Assembly: GCA_046596135.1 (NCBI GenBank)
Contig: JBKJMX010000166.1
Coordinates: forward strand, 1-60,932
Direction: 5' to 3'
DNA from: Gemmatimonadales bacterium
GTDB lineage: Bacteria > Gemmatimonadota > Gemmatimonadetes > Gemmatimonadales > GWC2-71-9
DNA length: 60,932 nt
Below the pieces are notes generated by a model. That model was not told the DNA's origin and made no database searches. It saw only the letters and a program-made list of their open reading frames with translations. Numbering within the stretch: the stretch's first letter is position 1; each line of letters starts with the position of its first letter. The translations under genes were made by a program, and so were the position numbers. Shown here piece by piece: positions 59,512 to 60,932 of the stretch.

Positions 59512-60564
59512 ATGGCGCCACCTAGGAATCTCCTCGACCTCACGCCCGCCGACGCCCGCACCGCCATCGAGGCATGGGCGGCGGCGTCAGCGCTGCCCGC
59601 GTACCGCGCTCGCCAGGTCGAGGCGCGTCTCTGGCACCGCCCCGTCGCCGCGTGGACCGACGCCACCGAGCTTCCAGTCGCGCTTCGCGACGCGCTCGAG
59701 GGCGTGTTCCCGCTGCCCCGCCTCGGCACCGGTGCCGTGCAGCAGTCGCGCGATGGCACGCAGAAGTTTCTGTGGAACCTCGCCGACGGTGAGAAGGTGG
59801 AGTCGGTGCTGATCCCCACCGCGTCGCGACGCACGCTCTGCATCTCCTCACAGGCGGGATGCGCGCTGGGATGCACCTTCTGCGCGACGGGGCGGATGGG
59901 ATTCCGGCGAAACCTTCTTGCGTGGGAGATCGTCGCGCAGGTGCGCGAAATTGTGTTGCGCAACGCGGCCGACAAGCCCACCAACATCGTCTTCATGGGA
60001 ATGGGCGAACCGCTCCTCAACTGGCCGGCGGTGGACACCGCCCTGACCATCCTGAACGATCCCGATGGCCTGGGCATTGGGGCGAGGCACATCACGGTGT
60101 CGACGGTGGGCATCGTGCCGGGCATGGAGCAACTTGCCGCGCGGCCCGAGCAGTTCCGGCTGGCGATCTCGCTGCACTCACCGCGCGCCGACCAGCGACT
60201 CGCGATCATGCCGATCGAGAAGAAATACCCGCTTCGCGAGGTGCTGGCCGCGGCAGGCAACTTCTCGCGCCGGATCACTTTCGAGTACGTGTTGATTGCC
60301 GGCCAGAATGACACCGATGACGACGCCGCCATCCTCGCATCACTCGCGCGGAAGCTCGGCGCCCACGTCAACCTGCTGCCGCTGCATCCCGGTGGTGACC
60401 CTGCCCTCGTGCCCACCGACGCCCGCGGCATCAAGTCCTTTCGCGAACGCCTGCTCGATCACGGCATCGAGGCCGTCGTGCGCCGCAGTCGGGGGCTCGA
60501 CATCGACGCGGCGTGTGGCCAGCTGCACGTCAAGATGGCGCAACGCGAACGGCAGGTGCGCTGA
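59512..60564 (+). CDS. rlmN: 23S rRNA (adenine2503-C2)/tRNA methyltransferase
   Basis: CISSQAGCALGCTFCATG, MGMGEP, ISLH, TFEY and DIDAACGQL. Confidence 0.95.
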   Translation: MAPPRNLLDLTPADARTAIEAWAAASALPAYRARQVEARLWHRPVAAWTDATELPVALRDALEGVFPLPRLGTGAVQQSRDGTQKFLWNLADGEKVESVLIPTASRRTLCISSQAGCALGCTFCATGRMGFRRNLLAWEIVAQVREIVLRNAADKPTNIVFMGMGEPLLNWPAVDTALTILNDPDGLGIGARHITVSTVGIVPGMEQLAARPEQFRLAISLHSPRADQRLAIMPIEKKYPLREVLAAAGNFSRRITFEYVLIAGQNDTDDDAAILASLARKLGAHVNLLPLHPGGDPALVPTDARGIKSFRERLLDHGIEAVVRRSRGLDIDAACGQLHVKMAQRERQVR

Positions 60565-60565
60565 T

Positions 60566-60932
60566 TCAGCGTCGAGGCGCCTTGAGACCTCGCACCCACG
60601 TCGCGATGTCATCGATCACGGCGTCGTCGACGTGCCGCTCCACCGCATAATCCTCGGGCCGCGAGGGACCACTTCCTGCCATGAAGAGGTGGTCCAGGGT
60701 GGCGTATCGCTTGACGGTCACGTGGCCACGAGGTCCGAGCACGGTCAGCCACTGGTCAAGCTGCTCCGTGGTGACCTGATAGTCGCGCGCGCCCTGCAAC
60801 ACCAGCGCAGGAATCCGGCTCTGACGCAGGGTCGCGGCCGATGAATACGCCGCGAGGTCGAGCCAGTACGCAGCCGGTGCGCCCATCACGAGCTGCGTCT
60901 TCGCGGAATCGGCGGGCGTGATTTTCTGCACC
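60566..60932 (-). CDS. C-terminal part of an alpha/beta hydrolase, truncated by the window edge
   Basis: PALVLQGARDYQV (catalytic Asp region) and LDHLF (catalytic His). Confidence 0.75.
   Translation of the reverse strand, partial: VQKITPADSAKTQLVMGAPAAYWLDLAAYSSAATLRQSRIPALVLQGARDYQVTTEQLDQWLTVLGPRGHVTVKRYATLDHLFMAGSGPSRPEDYAVERHVDDAVIDDIATWVRGLKAPRR

Overview
High-GC bacterial chromosomal window made mostly of housekeeping genes. Gene content and order suggest Gemmatimonadota or a related diderm lineage (inference, not a database result). No integrase, transposase, phage gene or CRISPR array is visible. Most genes are on the minus strand in long, tightly coupled runs: (a) aspS-phoH-ybeY-2x CNNM/CorC-mgtE-meaB-acyl-CoA mutase large subunit-aeRF1-like protein-B12-binding subunit-carboxyltransferase-AtuA-like pair-crotonase-small membrane protein-recQ-like; (b) rne/rng-rplU-rpmA; (c) ECF sigma/anti-sigma/Spy-like, tRNA-Leu(CAA), pepA, TonB-plug protein; (d) yicC-gmk-rpoZ-coaBC-udg-dnaB-radA-ispD-tsaC-LMW phosphatase-aroE-comF-gap-pgk-tpiA-secG-carA-HU/IHF-moaD-moaE-moaA; (e) mdh-sdhCAB followed by envelope proteins. 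The most interesting items are: a split B12 mutase with isobutyryl-CoA-mutase-type residues whose two subunit genes are separated by a GGQ-less aeRF1/Balon-like gene, within a branched acyl-CoA cluster; an unannotated ~265-nt rod-shaped structured RNA candidate upstream of rne/rng, with an alternative fold; a catalytically eroded TrmL paralogue; a YwlE-type arginine phosphatase; a leishmanolysin-like surface lipoprotein; and a hairpin that could hide the yicC ribosome-binding site only in read-through transcripts. Start codons were adjusted by eye where the ORF track overshoots. All family calls come from motif recognition, not searches.
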